The translations under genes and the position numbers were made by a program. The notes under the pieces were generated by a model. That model did not search any database. It saw nothing but the letters and a program-made list of their open reading frames with translations, and had not been told where the DNA came from. A stretch of DNA of 64,000 nt from Octopus sinensis (lineage: Eukaryota), in NCBI RefSeq assembly GCF_006345805.1, contig NC_043020.1, positions 9,176,001 to 9,240,000 of the forward strand, in the 5' to 3' direction. This document shows, one piece after another, positions 36,801-50,993 of this stretch (the stretch's first letter is position 1; every line of letters starts with the position of its first letter).

Positions 36801-37781
36801 TATATAAATAAGAGGAGAGACTAGAAAGTGGATCCTTTGTATGCTAAAAATGGATGTCAAACCATCCTATCATGAAAAATGATGTGTTCTCAAATTAGCA
36901 AGACGCTGGATGTTTATGAGCCAGACAAATGAAAAGAAATAAACATAGCACTTAATTCCATACCTTAAGGTTTTGCCATAAACAAAACATGTGTACTCTT
37001 AACGTAGTTCTCAAGGAGATTCAAGCATCACACAGCGAACTCATGACTTTACAATCATGAGCTGAATACCCTAACCATTAAACCACAGAAAGGAACACAG
37101 AAATAAGCAGAGAGAGAAAATAAAAAAGGTTTAGTGGCTAGGGATCAATCATGGTGAATGCTGGACAGGAGAGCTAGGAAGAAGGGGAGATAATAAAGTA
37201 GTGGTGATCCCAAAACAGAGGGGGCGCGTGCTTGAGTATGTGAGAGTGTATATGTGCGTGTGGATAGGGGCTGGTGACCTTGACGTGTGCATGTGCGCAT
37301 ATGTCTTTATTTGTTTCAACCATTAGACCATGGCCAAGCTGGGGCACTGCCTTAGAGAATCAGAAGCAGCACGAGTGTTGTAAACATGATTGAACACACG
37401 TGCACAGTGTATGTGTCTTGCTTGTTTGCTGGTTGTTTGTGATTTGATGCAGTGGAGATGACCCTCTCAAAGGGCCTGGTGTGAAAACACCTGGAGGTCA
37501 TAATTGTAGACAGGGGAGACAATTCATCCTAAGTCCTGTCCCATTCAGGAGCAATGGACATTGATGTTTTGGCATTTTTGTGGCTTCTGAAGCAAACTGG
37601 GGGAGGCAAATTGAATAGCCTGTCCCATGACCCTATGTAAAATGGTGTAAGAAACACCATCTGCTGGTATGTTTGGATAATGGATATATAGAAATAAATG
37701 CAAATATGAACAAGAGAACTCAGGGAGTGCAAACCTCCACCATGGCAACACCAACGTCCTCCTCTCAACGATTAGCCAAGA

Positions 37782-38010
37782 AGGCGGCGAGCTGGCAGAA
37801 ACGTTAGCACGCCGGGCGAGATGCGTAGCCGTATTTCGTCTGCCGTTACGTTCTGAGTACAAATTCCGCCGAGGTCCACTTTGCCTTTCATCCTTTCGGG
37901 GTCGATAAATTAAGTACCAGTTACGCACTGGGGTCGATGTAATCAACTTAATCCCTTTGTCTGTCCTTGTTTGTACCCTCTATGTTTAGCCCCTTGTGGG
38001 TAGTAAAGAA
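37782..38010 (+). mobile_element. SINE family A, full copy with TSD
   Basis: gattagcca repeated on both sides. Confidence 0.85.
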
Positions 38011-38589
38011 ACGGATTAGCCAGAGATGATTTTTAAAATGAGGATATCTGAAATAAACTCTGCTCTCACAAATGAGAATACTAAAGATGAACCTGACCGC
38101 TCACAAAACACTTCTCATCTCCTCATCTTCACCACCTCACACCTCTCTCTTTACTTCTGTTACCCTCCTCCCTCTCTCTCTTCTCTCTTACACTCTCATA
38201 CCATCCCTTCCCAACCCCTCCCTTCCTTTCTCTATCATTTCCAGTTCTCTCTCCTCCCCACCTCACTCTCTTCTCTGCCCTTTCCTCTCTAAAATATACA
38301 TCAGCCTTCTTCTCCTTTCCCCTCTTCCCCATTTGGCTTTCCCCCTCTGACTTCTTACCACCACTACCCCCAAGCTTTTCTCCTCTCTCTTCTGTCTTAT
38401 CTTTATCTCTCCCCCTCACTCTATCAGTTTTATACCCTCCCCATCACTCTCTCCACCTTCCCCCTTTCCCTTTTGCCCCATCACTCTCTCTCTCTCTCCC
38501 CTCTCTCCCTGTGTGATTCCCCCCACTCTTTCTCCATCAATTTATTTCCTCTCTCTCTCTCTCTCTCTCTCTCCCAGGTTAATCTTCTA

Positions 38590-39100
38590 CTCTCTCCCTC
38601 CCTCTCTCTTTCTGTCTCCCCCTCTCTCTTTCTGTCTCCCCCTCTCTCTTTCTGTCTCCCTCTCTCTCTTTCTGTCTCCCCCTCTCTCTTTCTGTCTCCC
38701 TCCCTCTCTCTTTCTGTCTCCCTCCCTCTCTCTTTTTGTCTCCCTCCCTCTCTCTTTCTGTCTCCCATCTCTTTCTCTTTCTGTCTCCCTCCCTCTCTCT
38801 TTCTGTCTCCCCCTCTCTCTTTCTGTCTCCAACCTCTCTCTTTCTGTCTCCCCCTCTCTCTTTCTGTCTCCCCTCCCTCTCTCTTTCTGTCTCCCCTCTC
38901 TCTTTCTGTCTCCCCCCTCTCTCTTTCTGTCTCCCTCCCTCTCTCTTTCTGCCTCTCCTTCTCTCTTTCTGTCTCCCCCTCTCTCTTTCTGTCTCCCACC
39001 CTCTCTCTTTCTGTCTCCCACCCTCTCTCTTTCTGTCTCCCTCCCTCCCTCCCTCCCCCTCTCTCTTTCTGTCTCCCCCCTCTCTCTTTCTGTCTCCTCC
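38590..39100. repeat. CT-rich minisatellite (ccctctctctttctgtctc)n
   Basis: Direct inspection. Confidence 0.9.
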
Positions 39101-39419
39101 CCCTCTCTCCTTCTCCTCTTCCTCTCTCTCTAGCAAACAGAAGCTCTTTATACACTACCAATCTCTGTTTATCACATCCTTCATCAGGGCCTTTCCCCAC
39201 CCCAATTCCTAACTACACACGTGTGCCCCACCCTCCCCCACACAAACACACACAACTTCATTAGTCCTTCTACCCTTATCTCCACCCTGTGTAACCCATC
39301 ATCTATTCCCCCCCCCCCGGGGCCCCATCGGCTCACTAAAAGAGTTACACACAGTTGCCCTGTTGATCCCCACAATCTAACACACATCCCCACAATCTAA
39401 CACACATCCCATGTGTTTG

Positions 39420-39482
39420 TGTGTGTGTGTGTGTGCACACACACACACACACACACAAACACACACACTCACGAACACTCAC

Positions 39483-39515
<33 letters not shown>

Positions 39516-39688
39516 AACACACACACACACACACTCACACACACACTCACACAAACACACACACTCACGAACACTCACACACTCACACACACACACACAC
39601 TCACACGCACACAAACACACACACACAAACACACACCACACACTCACACACACACACTCACACAAACACACACACTCACACACACACT

Positions 39689-39720
<32 letters not shown>

Positions 39721-39745
39721 ACACACACACACACACACACAACGC
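39420..39745. repeat. CA-rich microsatellite field
   Basis: Direct inspection. Confidence 0.9.
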
Positions 39746-39869
39746 TGCTTTACACATATGTCTCCTTTCTTCTCTGCTTTCTTCCTTTCTTCTTTATATT
39801 CCACCCCACAACAATCGGTAGCTTTTTTTTGGGGGGGGCCTTTTTCCCCCGAGGAAGTATGATTACATT

Positions 39870-40285
39870 TCTCTTTTACTTAACTCTACTTGTTTCAGTC
39901 AGTCATTTGCTGCTGCGCGGCCATGCTGGAGCACCGCCTTTAGGAGTCCGAGCATATCGACCCCGGGACTTATTCTTTGTAGCCCAGTACTTATTCTATC
40001 GGTCTCTTTTTGCCGAAACCGCTAAGTACGGGGACGTAAACACACACCGCATCGGTTGTCAAGCAATGCTAGGGGGAGCAACACAGACACACACACACAC
40101 ACATATATATATACATATATACACGACGGCTTCTTTCATTTCCGTCTACCAAATCCACTCACAAGGCATTGGTCGGCCCGGGCATAGCAGAAGACACTTG
40201 CCCAAGATGCCACGCAGTGGGACTGAACCCGGAACCATGTGGTTGGTTAGCAAGCTACTTACCACACAGCCACTCCTGCGCCTAT
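39870..40285 (-). mobile_element. SINE family B, full copy
   Basis: Reverse complement of the family B consensus. Confidence 0.85.
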
Positions 40286-41868
40286 GTGTATATACGCATA
40301 CATACACACGTTCCTACATGTATTTGCATAAACACCCATGCACCGCATGCTAAAAATGAACGAACGCATGCACACATAAACTCACATACATACACATGCA
40401 ATTACTCCTTCTCTCTGTCCGTCTTTCTGTTTATCTCTTTATCTCTCTCTGTCTCTCTCTCTCTCTTTGCCTCTTTCTGTTTTTGTCTCTCTCTCTGTTC
40501 ACTCTCTCTGTGTCACTCTCACTTTGTCTCTCTCTCTGCCCCTTTGTTTCTCTCTCTCTCTGTGTCTGCCTCTCTTTTTTTCTTTCTTGTCTTCTATTTC
40601 TTATATTTCGCTCATTACTTATTTCGCCATGCTGGAGCACCCCCTTGAAAAAAATTTTGCCAAACGAATTGACAACAGAACTCATTTCTGTATTTTTAAG
40701 CCTGATACTTATTCTAGCTACATTAGAAGGATGTAAACACACCAACACCGGTTGTCAAGCAGTGGTGGGAGACAAACACAGACACAAAGACACACACACC
40801 TTTTCTTTTAAAGCCCTTTCCACTGTTCACTTCCTGTGCATTATTCTATACACTCTTTCTGCACCTTTGGCTACTTTTTCTAATGAGTTGTGGTGCACCT
40901 GAGCACTGCATACAATAAGTTCATCATTATTATATTATTACGGTGGACTTTTAGTTTCCGTCTGCCAAATCCACTTACAAGGCTTTGGTTGTCCCGAGGC
41001 TACAGTAGAAGACACTTACCCAAGGTGCCATGCAGTGGGACTGAACCTAGAACCATGTGGTTGGGAAACAAACTTTTTACTGCACAGCTATACCCACACC
41101 TCATGCGTGTACACATATACACACTCCTGTTATTGTATATACAGTAAGTCACAGCACACAATATTCCAGACATGCGTAAGACGGCAAGCTGGCAGAGTCA
41201 TTAACATGCCAGACAAATTCAGTAACAGCATTTCATTGGTCTTGACATTCTGAGTTCAAATTCTGCTGGGGTCGACTTTGCCTTTTATCTTTTCAGGGTT
41301 GATAAAGCATGAATTGGTATCAAAAAGTGCCCGAACTTGTTCTGCAGTGCACCAACAGATGGCAACACACAGCTGCATGCACAATGAGATCCAGAAGTGA
41401 CCATCATGAGGCAGAGTGCTGAGGGACATTGCAGTGTTTATTTTGCAAGTTGTGAAATTTGTGTTTTTGTGATCAAGTTTTTGTTGTGGTCTCTGATTTT
41501 GTCATGGACAGGAATTTGGAACAAAGAACCCAGGTTCGAAATTTCCCCAAGACACTTGATGAAGGCTGAAGGGTATATCAGCCGAAGCAACAAACAAGAT
41601 GAGGACAAATATCCGTCAAATGTAAATAATGTAAATAATGGTCACAAAAGAAATCTTGATTGATAGTCTGGCCTTGGGAAACAAATACTCAATGCACAAT
41701 ATCGTATTTCCAGGAAGGTGGCAAGCTGGCAGAAACGTTAGCATGCCAGATGAAATGCTTAACAGTATTTCGCCTGTCTTGACATTCTGAGTTCAAATTC
41801 CGCTGAGTTCAAATTAAATTGACCCCAGTACGAAACTGGTACTTAATTTATTAACCCCCAATGGATGA

Positions 41869-41912
<44 letters not shown>

Positions 41913-42509
41913 ATTTAGGAATGGTCATTTTGCCAGTTTAGCCAATAAAAGCACACGCACTATATATTTGGTGTTACTTTGCTTCAGTGTTATTTATTTT
42001 TTACATTAATCTTAATCTTATTTTGGCCAGAGTTCTTTCGTCACACTCCTCTGACCTCATCAGTGGTCCTTTGCTTTCTTCTTTCTTATTTGTGTGTCTC
42101 TCCTTACTAACGTACAGCCATTTTGTATTTTGTATTTCTATTGTGTCTTCATTTGCGCATGCGTATATCTCCGTGTGTGTCTATGTCTCTCTCTCCCTGT
42201 CTGTCTGTCTCTGTTTCAGTCGCTCTCTCTCTCTCAGTCTTTCTCTCTCTCTCTTTCTCTGTCTCTCTCTTTCACTCACTCTCTCTCTCTCTCTCTCTCT
42301 GTGTGTCTATATATATACACACACAGACATGACATAAATAAATAGACACCCCTTAAATATACATATATAATCAAAATAAGCAGGATATCCTTGTTGCTTA
42401 TTTTGATTCTGATCACTTTACTTTGAAATTGTATGGATAATACCGTACTAAATTCTGGTGCCTCAACTTAAGTATCATATTCATCTGAATTTAAATTTTT
42501 GTTGAACTC

Positions 42510-43097
42510 AGTGACCGAGACCTTTGGAAATATGCTGTACGTGAGAAGACCAGGCAGGACAAGTGAGCCCAGCCCACTTATGCATGCCTTTCCTCCCTTG
42601 GACACAAAGACCTGTTGAGGCAAGCGAAGTTGATATAGAACCTCATCCGACGACAGGCACCCATGCCAACCCCCTTTGCTTGCAAAGACATGTTGGGGAA
42701 ATCGAAATCGAATTGAACCAGCCAGGATCCCTGGTCTGCGAAATCGAAATCGAATTGAACCAGCCAGGATCCCTGGTTTGGTGGTACGTAAAAAGCACTA
42801 TCCGACTCGTGGCCGATGCCAGCTCCGCCTCGACTGGCTTCCGTGCCGGTGGCACGTAAAATACACCAATCCGACCGTGGCCGTTGCCAGCCTCGCCTGG
42901 CACCTGTGCAGGTGGCACGTAAAAAGCACCCACTACACTCACGGAGTGGTTGGCGTTAGGAAGGGCATCCAGTTGTAGAAACATTGCCAGATAAGACTGG
43001 AGCCTGATGCAGCCTTCTGGCTTCCCAGATCCCCGGTCGAACCGTCCAACCCATGCTAGCGCGGAAAACGGACGTTAAACGATGATGATGATGATGA
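42510..43097 (+). mobile_element. RTE-type LINE 3' end, second long copy
   Basis: Colinear with 12110-12655, with an internal duplication of about 40 bp; (GAT)n tail. Confidence 0.75.
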
Positions 43098-43722
43098 TAT
43101 ATATATATACATACAGAGTGTTAGGTTTGATGTACAAAATTGATTATTGAGAAAAAAAGTTGTCAGAATTTTGGAAAAAAAATCCTTTTATTTCTTCATT
43201 ATTATTAGCACTTTTGTTCCTCTCTAGAACTTGTCAAATACAATTTTACCTCTATGTAAAACACACACACACACATACACATATGTATATGTACATATAT
43301 CTTTATACCATGTGTGTGTCTATGTGTCTGCATCTATGTCTGCATATATATATATATGTGTGTGTGTGTGTGTATGTGTGTGTGTATTTCGTGCACACAC
43401 GCACACACACACACATAGACACAGACACACACATACACATACACATACATACACACATATATCATATGTTATATATATGTATGTATGCAAAAGCATGCTG
43501 AGATGTGAAATCAATACCTGCACACAACATGCATATGTGCATATGTGCACATCTGCACATATTCTCCCACACCCACACAAAACACATATACACACACACA
43601 CACACATACTCATATACATTTCAATTGCCATTTTCTTTTTATTTTAGAGGTGTGAGTATATACACATAAACATACACACACTCACACACACATACACGCG
43701 TATACAGAGTCACATATGCATA

Positions 43723-44111
43723 TCTTTATATATAAAAGTGAAGTTGTGTGTCCGTCTCCTACGATTTAGATTCCTAACTACTCCCACATTTTGCGGTGCA
43801 GTGTAACCAAAACCGGGTATCTTATAGTCGTGATTCATATCGAGCCCTTCTGGGTATTGGCACGCGTCTACGATGAGTCTACGATATAAAAAAATTTTTT
43901 TTCCATTTTAATGCATTTTTTCGCTATTATATAAGGGAAGTAACTCTCTAAAAATGTCTACGATGAGTCAACGATTTAAAAAAAAAATTTACCATAATTT
44001 TTTTTCCCATTTATAATGCATTTTTTTGCTATTTTTTGGCTATAACTCTCTAAAAATGCTTATATAGTTATTTCCCTTACAAACCCGAACAATGCCGGGC
44101 GATACTGTTAG
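43723..44111 (+). mobile_element. Non-autonomous Helitron, copy 2 (shorter interior)
   Basis: TC start, cccgaacaatgccggg hairpin, 3' TTAG variant of CTAG; shares both ends with copy 1. Confidence 0.78.
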
Positions 44112-44258
44112 TATATGTATATTTATACATATGAACATAAATACATACATGTATGTATGTATGTATTTGGTTTTGACATTCCACCCACTCTGAAAGTCTG
44201 CGAGACTATCTGTTCTTTGTTTATTTTTGGTTTTTTGTATTTCCTTCTGCTATCTCAG

Positions 44259-44302
44259 TCAGAGAGTCTGGCCAAGCCAAGCAGTAAGGGGAAGTTCTAG
44301 AA
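44259..44302 (+). other. Candidate small exon
   Basis: ttttttgtatttccttctgctatctcag| ... AGAA|gtaagt; one open frame (QRVWPSQAVRGSSR), product not recognised. Confidence 0.4.
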
Positions 44303-44855
44303 GTAAGTACACTTTATCACAGACTACCGAAAATTGGCAGCTAATAATCTACATTTAAAACTTTGTCATGTTCATACATTACACATTGTATATTATATTA
44401 TATACATCATATTATATATTCTATATAAATTACACCAATTATATATATATATATATATCATATAGGATATAGCTGAGCATTTTCTGTATTACACCTCTGT
44501 CTCATTTATTATCTTACGCATACAGATATAGATGCAGACACACAGACACACACATGGTATAAAGATATATGTACATATACACGTGTGTGCATGTGTGTGT
44601 GTTTTATATAGAGGTGAGTATAAGATTTATATAATATATGTACAGGAAATATATAAATATATATTATACAATATACATATATATTTGTATAGTTTGATAA
44701 TCTATCTATCAGTCTATCTATCTACCTGGCTATCTGTCTATATATATATATATATATACGTTTATATTACATATCTGTATTCCCCTCTCTTCCTCTCTCT
44801 CTCTCTCCCCCTGTCGTACACACACACACAAGTACATATATGCATACATACATAA

Positions 44856-44896
<41 letters not shown>

Positions 44897-45148
44897 AATG
44901 TATATATACATCATCATCATCATCATCGTTTAACGTCCGTTTTCCGCGCTAGCACGGGTTGGACGGTTTCGACCGGGGTCTGGGGAGCTCGGGACTGCCC
45001 CAGGCTCCAGTCTAGTCTGGCAGTGTTTCTACAGCTGGATGCCCTTCCTAACGCCAACCACTCCGCGAGTGAGTGGGTGTTTTTTACGTGACCTGCACAG
45101 GTGCCAGAGGGGTCTGGCATCGGCCACGTTCGGATGGTGCTTTTATGG

Positions 45149-45729
45149 GGGGGGTGCAGAAATATAGGGGAGCACCAGTGGGAGGGGTGGTTCAGAGGAC
45201 AGGTACTAGTCAAGTAGAACGTAGGATATCGAGAGAGGGGTAATGCATGGTGAAATAGCGTATTGAAGAGGGGGGTTCAAAGAGTAGACACCTATAATGG
45301 TGGTGGGGGGTGCAGAAATATAGGGGAGCAGCGTATTGAAGAGGGGGGTTCAAAGAGTAGACACCTATAATGGTGGTGGGGGTGCAGAAATATAAGGGAG
45401 CACCAGTGGGAGGGGTGGGCACCAGTGGGAGGGGTGGTTCAGAGGACAGGTTCTAGGCAAGTAGAACGTAGGATATCGAGAGAGGGGTAATGCATGGTGA
45501 AATAGCGTATTGAAGAGGGGGGTTCAAAGAGTAGACACCCATAATGGTGGTGGGGGATGCAGAAATATAGGGGAGCACCAGTGGGAGGGGTGAGCACCAG
45601 TGGGAGGGGTGGTCCAGAGGACAGGTTCTAGGCAAAAGTAGAAGTAGGATATCGAGAGAGGGGTAATGCATGGTGAAATAGCGTATTGAAGAGGGGGGTT
45701 CAAAGAGTAGACACCTATAATGGTGGTGG
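45149..45729 (+). repeat. Purine-rich tandem repeat, ~155-175-bp unit, about 3.5 copies
   Basis: Repeated gtgcagaaatatagggagcaccagtgggaggggtgg...gcgtattgaagaggggggttcaaagagtagacacc. Confidence 0.85.
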
Positions 45730-45799
45730 AGGAGAAAAACGACATCCGGTATAGTTGGAGCAAAATAGAGATATCCGGTATTGGTGGTGGGGGTGGGTA

Positions 45800-45870
45800 G
45801 GGCGGGCGCGCCGCGAAGAATCGGCAGCCAATTCTATAAGGGAGATAGATCTTAAAATATCAATAACGAT
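45800..45870 (+). promoter_or_regulatory. Promoter-like motif cluster (GC box, CCAAT, TATA-like)
   Basis: gggcgggcgcgccgcgaagaatcggcagccaattctataagg: GGGCGG, CCAAT and TATAAG in canonical order; CpG-dense. Confidence 0.3.
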
Positions 45871-46130
45871 AACTAGTGAATTATACAGAATATGCAAAAC
45901 GAGGCGAGGCGAGGCTGAAATAGTAAACAGAGTGGCGACTAGGGGGATCAGAATAATAATAATTAATAAATAAAATAATAAATAGAGATACGGATGAATT
46001 AAAGTTCAAAGATTTCTTATCTTGAGATCATATATATAAATGTATATATACATATATATAAATGTATATATACATATATATATATATTATATATATATAT
46101 ATATATATCTATATATATCTATATATATAT

Positions 46131-46173
<43 letters not shown>

Positions 46174-46244
46174 CTAGTAGTTTTTGACATTGTACATCTG
46201 AGAAGTTTCATGTACCCAGTAAATGTGCTGTAGTAGAACCTGCA

Positions 46245-46375
46245 ATAGCATCAGCATCAGCATCAGCATCATCATCATCATCATCACCATCACCACCACC
46301 ATCATCATCATCATCATCATCATCATCACCATCATCATCATTATCATCATCATTATCAGCAGCAGCATGAGTAGT
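46245..46375. repeat. (CAT)n/(CAG)n trinucleotide field; similar field at 57240-57370
   Basis: Direct inspection. Confidence 0.9.
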
Positions 46376-46814
46376 AGCAGAGAAATAAGTGGATATGTTG
46401 GAGTAGGAGTGAAGGCCAGGCGGGAGTGGGGTGGGGGTGGGGGTGGGGTGGAAATAGCAGAAGTGGGAGGAGGAGGAGGATTTACTATACAAACAGCAAT
46501 TAATTTGAGAATGCAGTGGAAATATTATTGTAGAGTCCCTTACATGTGGAATGGAGGGAGTTGGAAAAAAAAAGAGGATAAAAAAAAACCCTGTTCAATT
46601 AACTGAAATTATCTAAGCAGTTAGTAGAGAGAAACTCCCTTTGGAGGCCAGGTTTTCAGCTTCTGTAAACAAAAAAGCAAGGGAGATAACTGCTTATGTC
46701 TACCTTGTGTCAACCAATACCTTTTCAGTGAATTTGCTTGAAAGTAGCTATTGTGTGTGTGTGTGTGTGTGGTGTGTGTGTGTGTGTGTGTGTGTGTGTG
46801 CATAAATATATGCA

Positions 46815-47220
46815 TAGGCGCAGGAGTGGCTGTGTGGTAAGTAGCTTGTTTACCAACCACATGGTTCCGGGTTCAGTCCCACTGCGTGGCATCTTGGACA
46901 AGTGTCTTCTGCTATAGCCCTGGGCCGACCAATGCCTTGTGAGTGGATTTGGTAGACGGAAACTGAAAGAAGCCTGTCGTATATATGTATATATATATAT
47001 GTATGTGTGTGTATATGTTTGTGTGTGTGTTTGTCCCCCTAGCATTGCTTGACAACCAATGCTGGAGTGTTTACGTCCCCGTCACTTAGCGGTTCGGCAA
47101 AAGAGACTGATAGAATAAGTACTGGGCTTACAAAGAATAAGTCCTGGGGTCGATTTGCTCGACTAAAGGTGGTGCTCCAGCATGGCCACAGTCAAATGAC
47201 TGAAACAAGTAAAAGAGAAG
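46815..47220 (+). mobile_element. SINE family B, full copy
   Basis: Matches the family B consensus. Confidence 0.85.
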
Positions 47221-47229
47221 AAGAGAGTA

Positions 47230-47690
47230 TACCTTCGAAACACGGTGTAGTCGAAGCAGGGGCAACTGAAGAAGGGGAATGGTCCTTGTGTTGTATGTCT
47301 TGTACTCTGTTTTTTCATTGTTTGAAAAAGTCCGTTTCCATGGTTTTGTTTTTATATTTTCGTTTCTTGTAGTGTTCTACGTCTTTTTGGTGTCCTGTAC
47401 CCATATATGCATGTATATATACATGTAGATGTAGGTGTGTACATATATGTATGTATGTATGCATATGTTTTATTTATTAATTTGTTATTATATATATATA
47501 TATGGCAATTTTTTTTCCTCCGTCTTCCCTTCTCTGGATCTTTCCTTTTCCTATGTTTCTGATGAAGAGCTCCGCTCGAAACGTAAAACCCTCCTTCTTC
47601 CCTTCCTTCCTGAGCATCCAATAATACTATATTTGTTCTATGTCCTCACGTTGTTGTGTTTTCTCTTTGTGATTTCATGTTTGGATTAAC
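47230..47690 (+). mobile_element. Penelope-like 3' terminal remnant; partial inverted copy at 48060-48215 and a minus copy at ~8700-8900
   Basis: ttctgatgaagagc...tcgaaacgt end motif typical of PLE termini. Confidence 0.5.
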
Positions 47691-47791
47691 TTTATATATA
47701 TATATATATATATATATTATTTTATGTAGAAAAATACAAACTGGGACATCATAGCAATTTTGGCTGATTATATATATAATATATATATATG

Positions 47792-47880
<89 letters not shown>

Positions 47881-48233
47881 TGTGTTTGAAAAAGCTCACA
47901 CACTAGAAAAAAACTTCTTTCCCAAAAAAATAAACAGTTAGTAGCATTCTGATAAAAGATTTCATAACATTTAAAAAAAAGTAATATTTAAAAAAAATTA
48001 CCTTTACACTTCAAAAACTGTAGTTCTCATAGACTTTCAAACACATATATATATATATATATATAAGGTAATAAATAAAATATATGCATACATAAAACAT
48101 ATATGTACATACCGACATCTACATGTATATATACATGCATATATAAATATATATATAAGTACAGGACACCACAAGAAGACGTAAAAATCAACAGAAACGA
48201 AAACGGAAAAGCCATTTGTTACAACAGAAGGAC

Positions 48234-48278
<45 letters not shown>

Positions 48279-48372
48279 ATATATATATATTTCATATATA
48301 ATATAGGATAAAATTTTCAAAAAATTTTATCAGTGGCCAGCATATTAAAAAATACATTTTAAGGTTAAATTA

Positions 48373-48600
48373 ATAAACAACTTATAAACAAGGGCAAAAG
48401 AAAAAAATTCCAATCTCAAATATGCCGAAAATAGACTTAATATTTGGTAATAAGGGAATTTTTTAGAAATCTCTGTCGGCTTGCTTTGGGACGCATGCTT
48501 ATAGTGGTGAATTATATCTGGTTATTGACGATTTAAGTCTATTTTTGGCATATTTGGCATTGGAATTTTTTCCTTTTGCCCTTGTTTATAAGTTGTTTAT
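48373..48600. mobile_element. Fold-back/MITE-like element; internally deleted relative at 5019-5076
   Basis: Long inverted arms ataaacaacttataaacaagggcaaaag...cttttgcccttgtttataagttgtttat; same upstream flank (gtggccagcatattaaaa) at both sites. Confidence 0.6.
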
Positions 48601-49059
48601 AGGAGAGACATTGGTATCCAGAAGACCTACTGTGGCTGAACTCTCATGAAGGGATATCCCTAATGTCCCAGAAACAGCTGTAAGACTACCTTTGTCTTTA
48701 TAAATGTCCTGAAAATTCCACACAGCCTTGGCTTTGTTGTTTGATTTTATTTAACATATATATATATAATGTATACACACACACACACACACACACATGT
48801 GTGTATTTACACACATATATATATATGTATAAATATATATGTATTATCGCTCCGCATTTGAACGGTGCTTATTACATGGCATAAGTGCCTTTCAGGGGAT
48901 ACAGGCACTGACCGCATTCAGATGGTGCTTTTTAGGTACCACTGGCACAGGGAGCTAGTCAGGCGGAACTGGCTTTGACACATAAGCTTAAATAATGCTT
49001 ATCGCCTGCCACTAGCACAGGTAGCACAGGTGTCAGTAATGTGGCACTGGCATTGGTCT

Positions 49060-49300
49060 TCTTCTCCTTCTTCTTCTTCTTTCTCCTTCCTCTTCTTCTT
49101 CTTCTTCTTCTTTCTCCTTCCTCTTCTTTCTCCTTCCTCTTCTTCTTCTTCTTATTCTCCTCCTTCTTCTTCTTCTTCTTCTTCTATCCTCCTCCTCCTT
49201 CTTCTCCTTCTTCTTCTCCTCCTCCTCCTCCTCCTCCTTCTTCTTCTCTCCCTCTCCTTCTTCTTCTTCTCCTTCTTCTTCTTCTTTGTCTTCTTCTTCC
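49060..49300. repeat. (TCT/CCT)n trinucleotide field
   Basis: Direct inspection. Confidence 0.9.
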
Positions 49301-50509
49301 GTTAATAGACTGCTGTACCCACCAGCAATTGATGTTTACATACCAGCTTCCACAAATGTGTTTACTACATAAAATTGGCCCATCCAATAATGCTACACTT
49401 CTATATTCAGCGGATATTTAAGCAATGAGGTCAAGGAGGATTAATGGGTTTGATAAGATGCCGATGAATGTGTAAGAATTTCTGAAATATGGCACATACA
49501 CCCAATTGCTCATTTTTGCATCTTCGATTCCATTGTTATTTACATTAGTGGAGGTGCAATGGCCCAGTGGTTAGGGCAGTGGACTCGCGGTCATAGGATC
49601 GTGGTTTCGATTCCCAGACCAGGCGTTGTGAGTGTTTATTGAGTGAAAACACCTAAAAGCTCCACGAGGCTCCGGCAGGGGATGGTGGTGATCCCTGCTG
49701 TACTCTTTCACCACAACTCTCTCTCTCTCTTACTTCCTGTTTCTGTTGTACCTGTATTTCAAAGGGCCGGCCTTGTGACTCTCTGTGTCACGCTGAATAT
49801 CCCCGAGAACTACGTTAAGGGTACACGTGTCTGTGGAGTGCTCAGCCACTTACACGTTAATTTCACGAGCAGGCTGTTCCGTTGATCGGGCCAACTGGAA
49901 CCCTTGTCGTCGGAACCGACGGAGTGCTTCCATCCATATTTACATTAGGCATACTTGCATATGAAACGTCATAACAGATCAGTGATGGCTACAATTTCTG
50001 TAGAAAATCAGTGGAACCAACCTTAAGGAATGGTATATGTTTGAGTGTTTGTTTGCTCTTGTTTTGAATCAGTTTTTCTTCTCTTCCTTTCCTCTGAGGA
50101 AAACATGCCTGGCCATTGGAAAATACTATCTTACTCGGAAGCAGGTGAAGGTTGGCAACAAGATGGGCATCCGGATGTAGAGAAACCGCCTCAATATATT
50201 TGGACTGATCCAAATAGGCGGAGGGCTGGCAGAAACGTTAGCGCGCCGGGCGAAATGCGGGGCCGTATTTCATCTGTCGTTACGTTCCGAGTTCAAAGTC
50301 CGCCGAGGTCGACTTTGCCTTTCATCCTTTCGGGGTCGACAAATTAAGTACCAGTTACGCACTGGGGTCGATGTAACTGACTTAATCCGTCTGTCTGTCC
50401 TTGTTTGTCCCCTCTATGTTTAGCCCCTTGTGGGTAGTAAAGAAATATATATTTGGACTGATCCAGGCAAGCATGGAAAAGTGGTCATGAAAACGATGAT
50501 GGTATACAA

Positions 50510-50580
50510 ATAGATAGATAGATAGGTATATTGATAGATATGCAGATTAATAAACAGATAGATGGATAGATAGATAGATG

Positions 50581-50648
<68 letters not shown>

Positions 50649-50760
50649 TAGATAGATAGATAGATAGATAGATAGAAAGATAGATAGATAGAAAGATAGA
50701 TAGATAGATAGATAGATACAAGGATAAACAGGTAGATAGATACGTAGATAAAGATAGATA
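50510..50760. repeat. (GATA)n tetranucleotide repeat
   Basis: Direct inspection. Confidence 0.95.
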
Positions 50761-50993
50761 CATAGACACTCATACAAACATGTGTGTGTATACATTTATA
50801 TATGTGTGTATATATGCATATATGTATGTTGTATGTGTGTGTATGTGACTGTGTGTGTGCGTGTGTATATATATGTATATATGTATGCATGCATATATGT
50901 GTATTATATATATATATATATTAATATATATTGCATATATATGTGTATGCATATATGTATATATGCATATATATATATGCCCTCTATATAATA

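Noticed and set aside
38473-40353. Many 130-310 aa ORFs
   Set aside because: CT and CA simple-repeat translations.
46208-46492. Poly-Asp ORF
   Set aside because: (CAT)n microsatellite with no splice or homology support.
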